From Felis catus (lineage: Eukaryota), in assembly GCF_018350175.1 (NCBI RefSeq), contig NC_058368.1, positions 85,252,001 to 85,316,000 on the forward strand: DNA of 64,000 nucleotides. The letters run 5' to 3'. Each line of letters begins with the position of its first letter. The stretch's first letter is position 1. Position numbers and translations under genes: made by a program. Positions 14,681 to 27,458 of the stretch are shown here, piece after piece. The notes beneath the pieces are model-generated. The model saw nothing but the letters and a program-made list of their open reading frames with translations, was not told the origin of the DNA and did not search any database.

Positions 14681-14827
14681 AGAAAAATCTACAAAGAAAT
14701 TTACACATCTCCATATTCTCATGAGTAATTTTTATGAATATTTATGTAGATATATTTTTATTCCATAAACCATTTCAGAAAATATAGAAAAAGAAGTCTG
14801 CCCTATTCATTTTGTTAGCTCAAAAGA

Positions 14828-15038
14828 GGGGCGCCTGGGTGGTTCAGTCAGTTAAGCATCTGACTTCAGTTTGGGTCACAATCTTACGGTTCATGGGTTC
14901 GAGCCTTACATTGGGCTCTGTGCTGACAGCTCAGAGCCTGGAGCCTACTTCAGATTCTGCGTCTCCCTCTCTCTTTGCCCCTCCCCCACTCAATCTCGGT
15001 CTCTCTGTGTCTCTCAAAAGTGAATAAATGTTAAAATA
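14828..15038 (+). mobile_element. Can-SINE
   Basis: ggggcgcctgggtggttcagtcagttaag; TSD ttagctcaaaaga. Confidence 0.92.
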
Positions 15039-15851
15039 TTAGCTCAAAAGACCAAAATATAATAATAATTATACAGATTTTTATATAATTTTACATAGCT
15101 ATATGTAAATAAGTATTTTATAAGTATTGTATTATTGTAGATATTTATAATGCTTTTTTAAATAACATTTAATAATAACTAAGAATCATAATATCAACAA
15201 TCAAAAACAATGTCCATCAATAATCTAGGGAAAAGTATTTAAGATATAAGTAACAATGATTGTACTCTGTATTGGAAAGCATAATACATCATACATCGAT
15301 ATTTGATCAAGGAATGAGTTTTCTTATATCTTCAAAGTGACCTTTGAAGGTCATTTATTATTTACCAGAATTAATAAGGGAAAACCATATGATCAACTCA
15401 TTTGATGCAGAAAAATATTTACCAAAATTCAAAATCTGCTCAGGATAAGAAACATAATAAATAGGAATAAAAATGTCCTTGATATCACAGTCATGCTAAT
15501 AGTGGACCTCTTGGGGGGGGGGGGAGGTAACACTGTATTTGTTAGCATCGAAATCTTTATTTATGGAATAGTTTTGGCAGGATGTGCTTGACTGTCTAGG
15601 ATTCTTCAGGGAATACAACATTTGAATTTCTCTATGTAGGGACTAAGTCTCCCTGTAAAATATCATCATAATTTAATCATAATATGTCTAAAAAAAACAT
15701 ATTTTTAACCAAAACGTTGTATTCAATGTAAGTGCTATGACTGTACATTACACAGATCATAGAAACGTCATATGTTAAATTGAGTAAAAGGGATGTGTGA
15801 TATGTGTCTGAAAAATTGCACTGGAAAGCTTAGACTTCATCAATGACAACT

Positions 15852-16025
15852 GTTTTGTTTTTGTTTATTTTGAGAGAGTGTGAGCATGGGAGGGGCAGAG
15901 AGAGATTAACTCCACACTGTCAGTACAGAGCCCAACATGGGGCTTGAACTCACGAATCATGAGATCACGACCTGAGCTGAAATCAAGAGTCAGACACTTA
16001 ACTGACTGAGCCACCCAGGCGCCCT
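15852..16025 (-). mobile_element. Can-SINE
   Basis: actgactgagccacccaggcgccc head. Confidence 0.88.
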
Positions 16026-16199
16026 GATATTTAATTGTTTTTATGTTTGAAATTATACACAAACTTGATGCTAAGGGAGATGTTTGGGTTTTGTAAGCAT
16101 AATTTGAGAATTCAGTCATTAGTTTTATCTCATACACACCTTAAAAATTATATAACGGTAGGCAAAGAAGAAAAACCTGTAGGACAAAAGAAGAAAAAA

Positions 16200-17820
16200 T
16201 AAGGTAGATTAAAACTTGGAATATGGAGGGTCATCAGCAAGCTGAAAAACTAAGAAGCTCCTTCCCCACAAAAGACAGCAAGTTAACAAACATATAGGCA
16301 TCAGAGTAATTTTGAGAACTCTAGAGACAAGTTGAAAAGCCATAGCACACAGGCCAATGTAAAACTGAAGGGATTCAAACACAAGTGTAGGAAGTTTCAC
16401 ATATTTGCATGCATATGTGTGACACTCCCTTGTCCCCAGTGAGCAGTGAAACTGGGAGGAATCTCCCATACCAGAGTAACTGCCTTGGGATTGAAACAAG
16501 GAAGGGACTGTATGTTCAATATTCTACCTGTCTGGAGACAGCCTGAAGGACTGGATAATCTATAGCTTCATTTAGAGTGCTTATGACCTGTGGCCAAATT
16601 TGGAAACCACTGAAAATATTTTATAGCTGCAGTTCTGCGAGCAGACACCAGTGGGAACAAGAGATCAGAAAATGTTTCCCTAGTTAAGATGAGATAAAAC
16701 CAGTGTTTAAAAAAAAAAAAAAAGGAAGTGATGATCGTTTATCCAAATGCCCAAATCTCATGTATAGATCACAATAAATAAAAGTAACAGGGAAACAGGG
16801 CCCACCCAAAGGAAAAAAAAAAAAACACAAAAAACAACAGACACCAATCCTATGGAAAAGCACATTTATAATATTCCTGAAAAAGAATTTAAAATAATTG
16901 TTGTAAAGAAGCTTAATAGACTAAAACAGAACACATTGAGATAAACAAATCAGGAATATATTGCATGAATAAAATGAGGAATATCAACCAAGAGATAGAA
17001 ACTATAAAAAAGAACCAAACTGGGGAGTCTGGGTGGCTCAGATGGTTGAGCATCTGACTTCAACTCAGGTTATGATCTCATGTTTCATGGGTTTGAACCC
17101 TGCGTCAGGCTCTGTGCTGACAGCTCAGAGCCTGGAGGTTGCTTCAGATTTTGTGTCTCCCTCTCTCTCTGTCCTTCCCCTGATCATGCTTTGTCTCTCT
17201 CTCAAAAATAAACGTGAAAAAAATTAAAGAAAAAAGTACCAGACTAATTCTGAAGTTGAAAAATATGGTAACTGAGCTGAAACTGCCCATGAAGACAGGT
17301 CATTTGAAATCCATGAGTCAGAGAAAGAAAAATATGGTTTCAATCATATATGAAGTTTAAGAAATAAGTGATTAAGGGGAAAAAGAGAGACAATCCAAGA
17401 AACAAACACTTCACTATAAAGAACTGATGGTTGCCAGAGGGAAGGTTGTCAGAGGAGATTGGGGGGGTTGGAGGGAATGGATGAAATCAGTGATGGGGAT
17501 TAAGGAGTGCACTTGCTGTGATGAGCATTTGGTGACATATGGAACTACTGAATCACTCTAATGTACACCTGAAACCAACAAAACACTGTATGCTAATTAT
17601 ACCGGAATTAAAAACTTAAAAATAAATGAAATGGAGTCAGAGGAGCAAAAATAGAAGGAAGAAAAGTTAGAGGCTATGGGATATATGGGATACCATAAAG
17701 GGAATTCCTATATGCATTATTAACATCCCAGAATGGAAAGAAAGAGGGGAAGGGGTAGAGAGTATATTTGGCAAATAATAGCCAAAATATGCTCAAGGAG
17801 GAAAGAAATCGTCATAAAAG
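16200..17820 (+). mobile_element. Old L1M 5' region/ORF1 remnant with a nested SINE and an L1 3' fragment (about 17335-17630)
   Basis: ORF1-like A-rich sequence (cctgaaaaagaatttaaaataattgttgtaaagaagc); carnivore L1 3'UTR motifs nested inside. Confidence 0.6.
17021..17232 (+). mobile_element. Can-SINE
   Basis: gggagtctgggtggctcagatggttgag...ctctgtgctgacagctcagagcc. Confidence 0.9.
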
Positions 17821-18079
17821 TTAAAATTTAATGGAAGTCCAGTTTATCAATTATTTCATCCATGGATCATGCCTTTGATGTTCTATCTAGAATGTCATTG
17901 CCATAATCAGAGGATGCTAAGAAAGAAGAACGCTCTTATGTTGTTGGTAGGAGTGTAAACTGGTGCAGACACTGGAAAACAGTATGGACATTCCTCAAAA
18001 AGTTAAAAATAGAACTATCTTATGATATAGCAATTGCACGACTAGATATTTACCCAAAGAATACAAAAATATTAATTTG

Positions 18080-18916
18080 TTTTTTTGTTGTTCTTTTGGT
18101 TTTTGTTTTTGTATTTTACATGTTTATTCTGACAAAGAAGGTTGTAACACACATAATCTTCTCTTGCCTACACGATATTTTTTTATAAGGTAAGTAATGG
18201 GCATATATTTTCATTTTGAATCCAGGGAAGCCAAACCACTTGCCTGAAATTAAAGGAAATCAGAAAAATGGCTGGAAAAAGAGGGAAGGCGTGGTCTCAC
18301 TGTACGTCCAATTCTGTTTGCATTTAGACCATGCTGCTTCTGGTCTGGTTTAATCAAAATAGTAAAATCAGTCAATAGGCCACTAGCTGGGCTTTAAACA
18401 CTATTTTAGTAGAATAAAGAAAGCGCATAATCATCTCTGTTTTTGACAGTGTTCCGAAACGACAAAAGAAACTCAAAGCTTTGGTTCCTTTGCTATTTGA
18501 AACATGACTGTTTAAAGATCATGCCTGAGTTGCTGAGCCATAGAAGTGTGACAGAAAGCAATGATGGACTCTACAAAACCCACAGAAGAGATCAGTGGTG
18601 TGCAGGCGTCAGAGGTGAGCTGGTGAAGTCCCCCTCAGATGCCATCTGGGTGATGACCACGAGTGGTGCAAAGCTGAAGGCTGGCTTCTGCCATTAGATC
18701 CCCATAGGGTATCTTTTGAAAACAACCTGGGCTTCAATGGCACTTCTGAAACCAGACTTTTTTTTCTTTTCACAGAATTAATTTATCCTCAATATCATGA
18801 ATCACAAAAACACATTTTTGCTTGAGCACAGGCATGAAATATAATTCACTTTCTTTTTTGTGTCCAGAAATGCCCTTCACACATATAGTAAATCGTGCTC
18901 GTTTGACAATTGTGTC
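18080..18916 (-). pseudogene. Retrotransposed 3' end (probably 3'UTR) of an unidentified polyadenylated transcript
   Basis: Non-repeat-like insert inside an L1 3' end. Flanked by a 16-bp TSD (caaaaatattaatttg 18064-18079 / caaaaatactaatttg 18917-18932). Degenerate poly(T) at 18080-18110; minus-strand AATAAA at 18123-18128. Confidence 0.8.
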
Positions 18917-19251
18917 CAAAAATACTAATTTGAAGGGATACATGCACCACAATGTTTGTAGACACATTGTCAACAATAACCAAGTAGCCCAAATTTCCGT
19001 CAACTAATGAATGGATAAAGAAGTTGTGGTATATATACACAACAGAATAATACTCAGTCATAAAAATTTATGAAATCTTGCTATTTGCAAAGATGTGTAT
19101 GGAGCTAAGAGTATTATGCTAAGTGAAATAAGTCAATCAGAGAAAAAAATACTAAAAATAGTATATTATTTCACGCATGTGTGGGATTTAAGAAAAGAAG
19201 CCATTATGGGGGGGGGGGTGAGGGGAAGAAAGGCAAACCAAGAAACCAATT

Positions 19252-19474
19252 CTTTTTTTTATTTTGCAATTTCATTTTATGTTTATAAATTTTTGAGAGA
19301 GAGACACGGCATGAGCAGGGGAAGGGCAGAGAGAGAGGGAGACACAGAATCCGAAGCAGATTCCAGGCTCCGAGCTGTCAGCACAGAGCCCCATGTGGGG
19401 CTCAAACTCAAAACCACAAGATCATGACCTGAGCCGAAGTTGGTCACTTAACAACTGAGCCACCCAGGCGCCCC
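19252..19474 (-). mobile_element. Can-SINE
   Basis: Typical body; TSD ccaattctt. Confidence 0.9.
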
Positions 19475-19660
19475 CCAATTCTTAAATATAGGGAGCAAAC
19501 TGATGGTTACCAGAGGGGAGGTGGGTGAGGGAGATGGGCTAAATGGGCAATGGGGATTAAGGAGAGAACTTGTGATGAGCACTGGGTGTTTGAAGTGTTG
19601 AGTCACTAAATTGTACACCTGAAACTATTATTACACTGTAAGTTAACCAGCTGTAATTTA

Positions 19661-19883
19661 TTTTTTTTTAATTTTTTTTTCAACGTTTATTTATTTTTGG
19701 GACAGAGAGAGACAGAGCATGAACGGGGGAGGGGCAGAGAGATAAGGAGACACAGAATCAGAAACAGGCTCCAGGCTCTGAGCCATCAGCCCAGAGCCTG
19801 ACGTGGGGCTCGAACCCACGGACCGCGAGATGGTGACCTGGCTGAAGTCGGACGCTTAACCGACTGCGCCACCCAGGCGCCCC
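19661..19883 (-). mobile_element. Young felid SINE (SINEC_Fc-type)
   Basis: CpG-rich gtcggacgcttaaccgactgcgccacccaggcgcccc; perfect 17-bp TSD taaccagctgtaattta. Confidence 0.95.
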
Positions 19884-19919
19884 TAACCAGCTGTAATTTA
19901 AATAAAAACTAAAATTAAA

Positions 19920-20960
19920 ATTTCATTACCATATTCAATGTGATCTAGGATTTTCCCTATGTTATCTACTGGGAGTTTAATAGTTTTCCACTTTCTATTT
20001 AGGTCTGTGACCCATTTTAAGCAAATTGTTTTTAAGGATGTAAAGTCTGTGTCTGGAATTTTTTTTTTCCTTCTATTGCATGTGGATGTCTAGTTTTTAC
20101 AGCACCATTTGTCAAAAAGGTTATCTTTGCTCCATTGTATTTCCTTTGTTTCTTTGTCAAAGATCAGTTGATTATATTTATGATGGCCTATTTTCTGATC
20201 TCTCTCTAGTTTCTTCCACAGATCTATTTATCTCTTCCATTCAAATACCATGCTGTTTTGATTAATATAACTTTATAGTAAGTCTTGAAGTCAGGTAGTG
20301 CTAGTCCTCCAGCTTTGTTCCTTTGACAATTTTTTACTCACGTGATTTTGTTTTTTTTTTTGTTTTGTTTGTTTTAGTTATTGAGTTGTAGGACTTCTTT
20401 ATATTTTCTGGATATTATCCCCTTATCAAATATATGTTGTTCAAATATCTTATACCTTTCCATAGTTTGCCTTTTCACTCTGGGAGTTTTCTTCACTGTG
20501 AAGAAAAATTCTAGTCTAATGTGTCTTCGTTGTCTATTTGTGTTTTTTTTCCTTGTCCTTTTTGGTGTCATACCCAAGAAATTTTGATAAATCCAATGTC
20601 ATGAAGCTTTCATCCTGTTATATTGATGGTCTTAAATTTAGGTCTTTAGCTCATTTTGAGTTAATTTTTGTGTGTGTTGTAAGAAAAGTTTCCAACCAAT
20701 TTCTTTTATATTTTTCATTCTATCCAGTTTTAACAATGCTGTTTATTGAAGAGACCATTTTCCCATTGAGTAGCCTTGATATGCTTGCTGAAGATCATAT
20801 GATCATATACATCAGGGTTCATTTCTGGGCTCTTTTTTTAATCCTGTAGGTCTGTGTGCCTTTATGCAACTTGTTTGTTTGCAAACTGTTTGTTTGTTTC
20901 TTTGTTTTCCCTGTAGCTTTGAATGTTGTGAAATAAGGAAAGGAGCGTCCTCTTAGTTCT
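19920..20960 (-). mobile_element. Old L1 ORF2 3' fragments
   Basis: Antisense L1 motifs (cagcaccatttgtcaaaaag; ORF 20374-20577 VKRQTMERYKIFEQHIFDKGIIS). Confidence 0.75.
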
Positions 20961-21504
20961 TATTTGACTCATTTTTATCACTTGTTTGCCTCTGAAATAT
21001 TGGGGATAGCTTTGCCCTGTGTCCTCCCATCTCTTGCAGATACAAGAAAAACTTTTTTGCTTCTGTTTTTGTTTGTTTTGGGGAGGTTGTTTGCTTTTTG
21101 TCTGTTCAGCTATTTACTTGTTATTAGAATGCAATGACAACTTCTAAATTCCTTACATGCATAACCAGAAACTAGAAATCCGTGGGTTATTTTAAAATTA
21201 GGATGGATTCAAGATACTTTCCAAAACTATCAGAACAAGGTAAAGTAAACTTGAAAATATCCAAAGATGAATAAAAATATTTAATAAAATTTTCCACTTT
21301 TCATGATATGATTTATAGCAAACCATAAATAGAAGTGGATTTTCAAATTTAATACAGTAAGGTGACCCCCAAAGCCTTCAGGAAACTCTATGCTTGATTG
21401 TAAATCTTTGAAAGTTTTTTTTTATACTAGCTATTATCTCTATTTCTCTTCTGTATTGTATTTAGGCTTTCATTTAGTACTGCATTCTCTTTAGCATTTG
21501 TTAT

Positions 21505-22480
21505 TGTGACTTATATTAAGAAATGTATATTTGAGGGCACCTGGGTGGCTTAGTCATTTAAATGGCTGACTCTTGATTTTGGCTGAAGTCATGATCTCAT
21601 GGTTCCTGAGTTCAAGTCTCGCATCGGGTTCTGCACTGTGCAGAGCCTGCTTGTGATTCTCTCTCTGTCTCTCTCTGCCCCATCCATGCATTCTCTCAAA
21701 ATAAATAAATCAACTTAAAAAATAATGAAATGAATATTTGATTTTATCTTAGTTCCTGGAACAGAACTTCTAAAAACCTTGAAATTTCCCAAGTGATAAC
21801 AGTGATAAAGATGATAGAGCATTTTTTTGTTTTTCATAACAAATCCCTCTGAAGTACAGTTGAATTTATGTTAATGAAGTGATATTTGGAAAGCTCCTAG
21901 TTAATCACAGGATAGGGGCTGGTTGCTAGAAGAACCAAAAATTGCCTAAAGGGTTGAAACTTTGAGTCCTACGCTGACCTCCCTGGAGAAGAGAAGGGAT
22001 GGAGGCTGGAATAATTATGGCCAGTGGCTTAATGAACCATGCCTAGGTATTGAAGCCATCATAAAAATACCTGAAGTGTGAGATTTAGAGAACTTTTAGG
22101 CTGGTGAACAAGAACATAGCCATGTGTTGGGAGAGTGACACACCCCAAACTCCATGGGGATAGAAGCTATTGTGCTTGGGACCCATTCAGACCTGGTCCT
22201 GTATATCTCTTCAGCTGGCAGTTGATTTGTATCTTTCAAAATATACTTGTAATAAGACAGTAGTAGTAAATTCCTGAGTTCTGTGAGCCTTTCTGGTAAA
22301 TTATCAAACCTGATGTTTAAATTGTAGTTACTCCCAATTTGTAGCCAAATCAGACAGAAATTAGAAATCTGAGATGGACTAGTTATGATTGGCCTCTGAG
22401 ATAAGGTGGGGTAGTCTGTGAAGCTGAGCCTTTAACCCTTGTGATCTGAAGCTAACTCCAATTAGTGTCAGAATTGAATT
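21505..22480 (+). mobile_element. MER21-like LTR with nested SINE
   Basis: gttcctggaacagaacttctaaaaaccttgaaatttcccaagtgat, ttatgttaatgaagtga, tagtgtcagaattgaattg match recalled MER21-family features. Confidence 0.65.
21535..21725 (+). mobile_element. Can-SINE
   Basis: gggcacctgggtggcttagtc; TSD gaaatg(t/a)atatttga. Confidence 0.88.
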
Positions 22481-23206
22481 GTTAATCTATTCAGTGACTA
22501 CAACTTTACTTGTCTTGTATATGTAATGACTCTCATCCTTCTACTTTGACATAAATTCCAAATTTATATATTTCCCTGCATAAATCAAATTCAGATTTGC
22601 TGCACTCTAGGCACCCAAAACTCAGCATCCACAGAATAGATCTAGGTTTCTGTAATTTTCTTAACTGAATTTGTTATCCATTTGTCCATTCATCCACTCA
22701 CAATATAGTTATTGATTTGATACTGCAAGTCAGAAAATGGGCTTAGTATTTGAGATGCAACATAAGGAACACAAACACGGTCCCTGATATTATAATCTGG
22801 TTCAATTAGCTGAATAAAAGTATAATACAAATAATAATAAGTGTTATAAGCATTGTAAAACAAAATGCAATGGTTCCATATACAGGGTGGTCTACATAGC
22901 TGAGAAACTGGTAATGTGTTCATATAAAAATGATTAAACAAATGACAAGAATGCCCAGATTTTGAATTGGGGAAGGTGGAAGGATGCAGTAAGAATATTC
23001 CAGGAAGTGAAAATATTAGTTGTGCTAACCATAACTTAAAAAATAGTCTGAGAATATGAAAAAATTTAAAAAGTTCAAGAAAGTTGTAATATTGACATTA
23101 GGGGAAAGGAGAAAATGCGAACAAGAAATGGGAAAAAAGGAGGGTTAGGAAAAGTATCATGCGGATTAGTAAGATTTGGTTCTTTATTCTAAAGGCAAAA
23201 ACAGGT

Positions 23207-23422
23207 GGGGTGTCTGGGTGGCTCAATTGGTTAAACTTCTGACTTCAGCTCAGGTCATGATCTCATGGTTCGTGGATCTGAGCCCCGCATCAGGCTATGT
23301 GCTGACAGCTTAGAGCCTGGAGCCTATCTTTGGATTCTGTATCTCCCTCTCTCTCTCTGCCCCTGCCATGCTTGCACTGTCTCTCTCTCTTTCTCTAAAA
23401 TAAATAAAACATTAAAAAAATT
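23207..23422 (+). mobile_element. Can-SINE
   Basis: Typical body; TSD taaaggcaaaaacagg. Confidence 0.92.
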
Positions 23423-24042
23423 TAAAGGCAAAAACAGGCTATTTGAGAATATTAAGTATCAAATGTCCAATGCAAGGAAAAAGATGTCTTCTGGAATTTA
23501 TTTGAGTATGATGATGCCTGCCTGAATGATGATGTCTGCTGATTGGATTATTCATATATGAAGTTTCTGTTTTAATAAGCAATTTGTTGCTCATTTGTAA
23601 ACCAAACATTTTTTTAATTGGTATTTTCTCTCAAAAGTATTATCCCAATTGTTTTTATGTCCAAATTATATCTTTAAATACTATGTAAAAGTATGCAACT
23701 TTATTTATCATGTATCTCTTTTTCATCCTTGAGTAACTTCTATGCCTCTGATGGCATGGATTAGATGTATTTCTTCGGTGAATCTAAATATGTATCAATC
23801 AATAAGTGTTCGTAATGTTTTTTCTTTTTAAATACTGTATATTAGGTAAATCCATATTTTATAGTTTTCTTACAGTTTTTAATTTATTAACTATGTAAAA
23901 TAGTTACCACAATTCAGTTTGATAATCAATAATCAGTTTGATGTCAAAAATAAAACAATCTATCTCATATGGTTTTTGTAAAGTTAAAAAGATTCAATTT
24001 TTAGAAAAATACTAATACATAGTATTAAATGTAGATGGTGAT

Positions 24043-24242
24043 GGGGTGGCTGGGTGGCTCAGTTGGTTAAGCATCTGACTTTTGATTTCAACTCAGGTCA
24101 TGATCTCACAGCTTGTGAGATCCAGCCTCACGTCAGTCTCTGCACTGACAGCGAGGAGCTTGCTTGGAATTCTCTGTCTTCCTCTCTCCCTGCTCCTCCC
24201 TTGCTCATTCTCTCTCTCTCAAAATAAATAAATAAAAATTTT
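24043..24242 (+). mobile_element. Can-SINE
   Basis: Typical body; TSD tgtagatggtgatg. Confidence 0.88.
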
Positions 24243-24438
24243 AAAGTGTAGATGGTGATGGTCATAATGTGGATGAGGATGGTGGTGATGATGATAACAA
24301 AAATGAATGTACATCTCATTATTTAATGATTATAAATGACATTATACTGCGATAAACAGATTGATTCTAGGCAAAAGCATTTGTGATGAGTATGTTGTTT
24401 TGTTTTTATTTTTGTTTTTAAGGCTTAAACTATTTCTT

Positions 24439-25178
24439 TTTTTTAATATATGAAATTTATTGTCAAATTGGTTTCCATACAATACCCAGTGCTCATCCCA
24501 ACAGGTGCCCTCCTCAATACCCATCACCCACCCTCCCCTCCCTCCCACCCCCCATCAGCCATCAGTTTGTTCTCAGTTTTTAAGAGTCTCTTATGCTTTG
24601 GCTCTCTCCCACTCTAACCTGTTTTTTTTTCCTTCCCCTCCCCCATGGCTTCCTGTTAAGTTTCTCAGGATCCACATAAGAGCAAAAACATACGGCATCT
24701 GTCTTTCTCTGTATGGCTTATTTCACTTAGCATCACACTCTCCAGTTCCATCCACGTTGCTACAAAGGGCCATATTTCATTCTTTCTCATTGCCACGTAG
24801 TACTCCATTGTGTATATAAACCACGATTTCTTTATCCATTCATCAGTTGATGGACATTTAGGCTCTTTCCATAACTTGGCTATTGTTGAGAGTGCTGCTA
24901 TAAACATTGGGGTACAAGTGTCCCTATGCATCAGTACTCTTGTATCCCTTGGGTAAATTACTAGCAGTGCTACTGCTGGGTCATAGCGTAGGTCTATTTT
25001 TAATTTTTTGAGGAACCTCCACACTGTTTTCCAGAGCAGCTGCACCAGTTTGCATTCGCACCAACAGTGCAAGAGGGTTCCTGTTTCTCCACATCCTCTC
25101 CAGCATCTATAGTCTCCTGATTTGTTCATTTTGGCCATTCTGACTGGCGTGAGGTGATATCTGAGTGTGGTTTTGATT
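24439..25178 (-). mobile_element. Young 5'-truncated felid L1 (740 bp)
   Basis: Uninterrupted ORF2 C-terminus ([23 protein letters not shown]...), 3'UTR and T tail. Perfect 18-bp TSD aggcttaaactatttctt (24421-24438 / 25179-25196). Confidence 0.95.
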
Positions 25179-25259
25179 AGGCTTAAACTATTTCTTACAA
25201 AAGTTGTTTTCACAAGTTCTTTTCTAATTTGGGAAACTTTTATTTTAATTAGAATTGTC

Positions 25260-25591
25260 ATAAATTATTCTCTAGAGACTATTGTTTCAGTAGAAACCTT
25301 GCCCTTAGGGAACCAGCAGTAATGAACTCAGGCTTCCCTCCTGTTTCTGAGTTCCAATAATCTGCAGATGTGATCAGTGGCACTCCATAGTTTTGAATCA
25401 TTCATTCTTACACAGAGTCCTTATAAAGTCTTCTATAGTCATGGCTATATACTCCCCTCCATAGTTTCTTTACATTCTGAGACTTTCAGCCTGAATGATA
25501 TCCAAATCAAGAAGTTATAAAGGAGTAATACTCTGAAACCATGCACTTGTACATTCATAAAAACTCTGAGGTACACCTTCAGCAGGTAAGT
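25260..25591 (+). promoter_or_regulatory. Putative promoter and 5' non-coding exon of the plus-strand OR
   Basis: O/E-like ttctctagaga (about 25268) and gcccttagggaa (about 25301); TAATGA at about 25320; consensus donor CAG|GTAAGT at 25583-25591 that could join the acceptor at 27441. Confidence 0.5.
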
Positions 25592-26671
25592 AAAAAATTG
25601 ACAATGTTCTACTCTCAATTCATGGTCTTTGGATTTTTTTTCTCTCTTTTATTTTCCCAATCACTGATTTTCTTCTTTTTCCTCCACTTTTCACTCATTG
25701 ACAACCTAATGCAAAATTTTGGAATTAACTGAAAGGATCGTTATTTTCCCAAGTTGAGAGTTTAGTGTTTGCCTTACATTGCTAGTGCCTCAAGGCATCC
25801 GTAGCAGAACACAGGAAAGTCTCTTTCAAATAATACACATTCCTCCACAATTACTTTTTTTTCCTTTTCCTCCAAATTCATCAATATTTATTTTCTATGA
25901 TTTTAGGAAGCTAGACTGAGCCCTTCATACTGTGTCACTGAATTAACGAATTTAGTCTCTATTAACTAAAATACTCAATTTGTGTTACTGTATTCAGAAT
26001 AATTATTATAAACAATCATGATGAAAACTCCCAACTTTGATCCAAATTTGTTTTACTCTTTTATAAAGTGAATGATATGCCTATAAGTGAGAAATTTATC
26101 TGTGTTCTCACTTGTTTCCCCATTGTTAAGTAAATATATAAGAGTAAGTCAGTGAAAATATAAATAAGTATTTTGGTCAAAAAAATGAGCAAAACCTAAA
26201 TTAAAACACACAAGGTCTTATTTCTAACATTGATCCTTCTATGATATAAATTTTAGCTAACCATTACAGCATTCACCCATCACATCTACTGAAAAGTAAC
26301 AATGGAAATTCCCACTTATCTAAAATTAGCCATTCCAACACCTACCAATATCAAATTTGTGTTTCTTATAACCTGAAATTTGAAATCACTCTCTAATCCA
26401 AAACTTTATTTAACAAAATTCCTCTCCAAGAATGTTCCTGTGTCTTTTTTCTTCACTTTTTATTCTTCATTTATAATACGAACTGTACTTACACTTTTGC
26501 TTCTTCTCTTAGTAAAATTCAGAAGTTCAGTTTCTCTACCCTTCTCACCAAATGTTTGCTCTGTTTGAATTAATTCCAAGATAAATACAATCAGCATTGA
26601 TAAAGTCATATGTTTGATTCTTTTTCTTATTTTAAAAAGACCTGTGAGCATCTTATGAACTATGAGAAGTG

Positions 26672-26890
26672 ATTTTAAAGTTTATTTATTTACTTTTAGA
26701 GTGAGAGAGTGAGCAAGTGAGCATGAGTGGGAGAAGGAAAGAGAGAGAGAGGGACAACGAGAGAGTCCCAGGCAGTCTCCAAGCTGTCATCACAGAGTCC
26801 AATGCAGGACTTGAACCCACAAACCATGAAATCATGACCTGAGCCAAGACCAAGATTTGGACACTTAACAAACAGCCCCTCAGCTCCCCT
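26672..26890 (-). mobile_element. Can-SINE (in the putative OR intron)
   Basis: aagtttatttattt...atcatgacctgagccaag...acacttaac. Confidence 0.85.
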
Positions 26891-27458
26891 GAGATATGAT
26901 TCTATATAATGATTACATGAGGCTGACTTTACATTAATGATCAATTTAACAGTAATAGAGGTTGGTACCCATAACTAAAGGGTCATGAACCTATTATCGA
27001 TCATGTCTAGTTGGGTTTTTTTAGCTTTTTTTTCTCACTGATAATAAAATATCTTTTCAAAGTTATTTTTGTATATGAATATTAATATAGAATTAGACTT
27101 GATAGCAAGTCTGTCTGCCAGCATTCTTTTACATCTGAATGGATTAAAGTCACTGTGATGTGCCTATCCCAAAGGGCACTACTCATATGTTCACATGGCT
27201 CATGAACAGCTAACTTCACTGTTAGAGTCCATACACTGAGCACAGACTCACAGGTCTTTCAAAAGAACAATTGTGTCAATCTTAATGTAGAAGTGCATTC
27301 CACAGTTCATCTCAGGACTTATTTTATTTTGTTTTTATTATCATCCTTCCACAAAGAAAAAGATAATTTCTATAGTAAGGGCACTTCCAAAGTTAAGTTG
27401 CAAAGACCAACCATGAACTTATATTTTGTTTATTATGTCAGGTGGAAGTGTCAACATT

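Larger units (their letters stand above)
17910..19918 (+). mobile_element. 5'-truncated carnivore L1 3' end hosting a retrocopy and two SINEs
   Basis: L1 ORF2-end/3'UTR motifs. Degenerate 19-bp TSD aatgtcattgccataatca (17891-17909) / aatttcattaccatattca (19919-19937) in an older antisense L1. Confidence 0.8.

Noticed and set aside
14828..14900. tRNA-like A/B boxes as tRNA genes (here and at other SINE heads)
   Set aside because: They are tRNA-derived heads of Can-SINEs followed by SINE body, (CT)n and poly(A).
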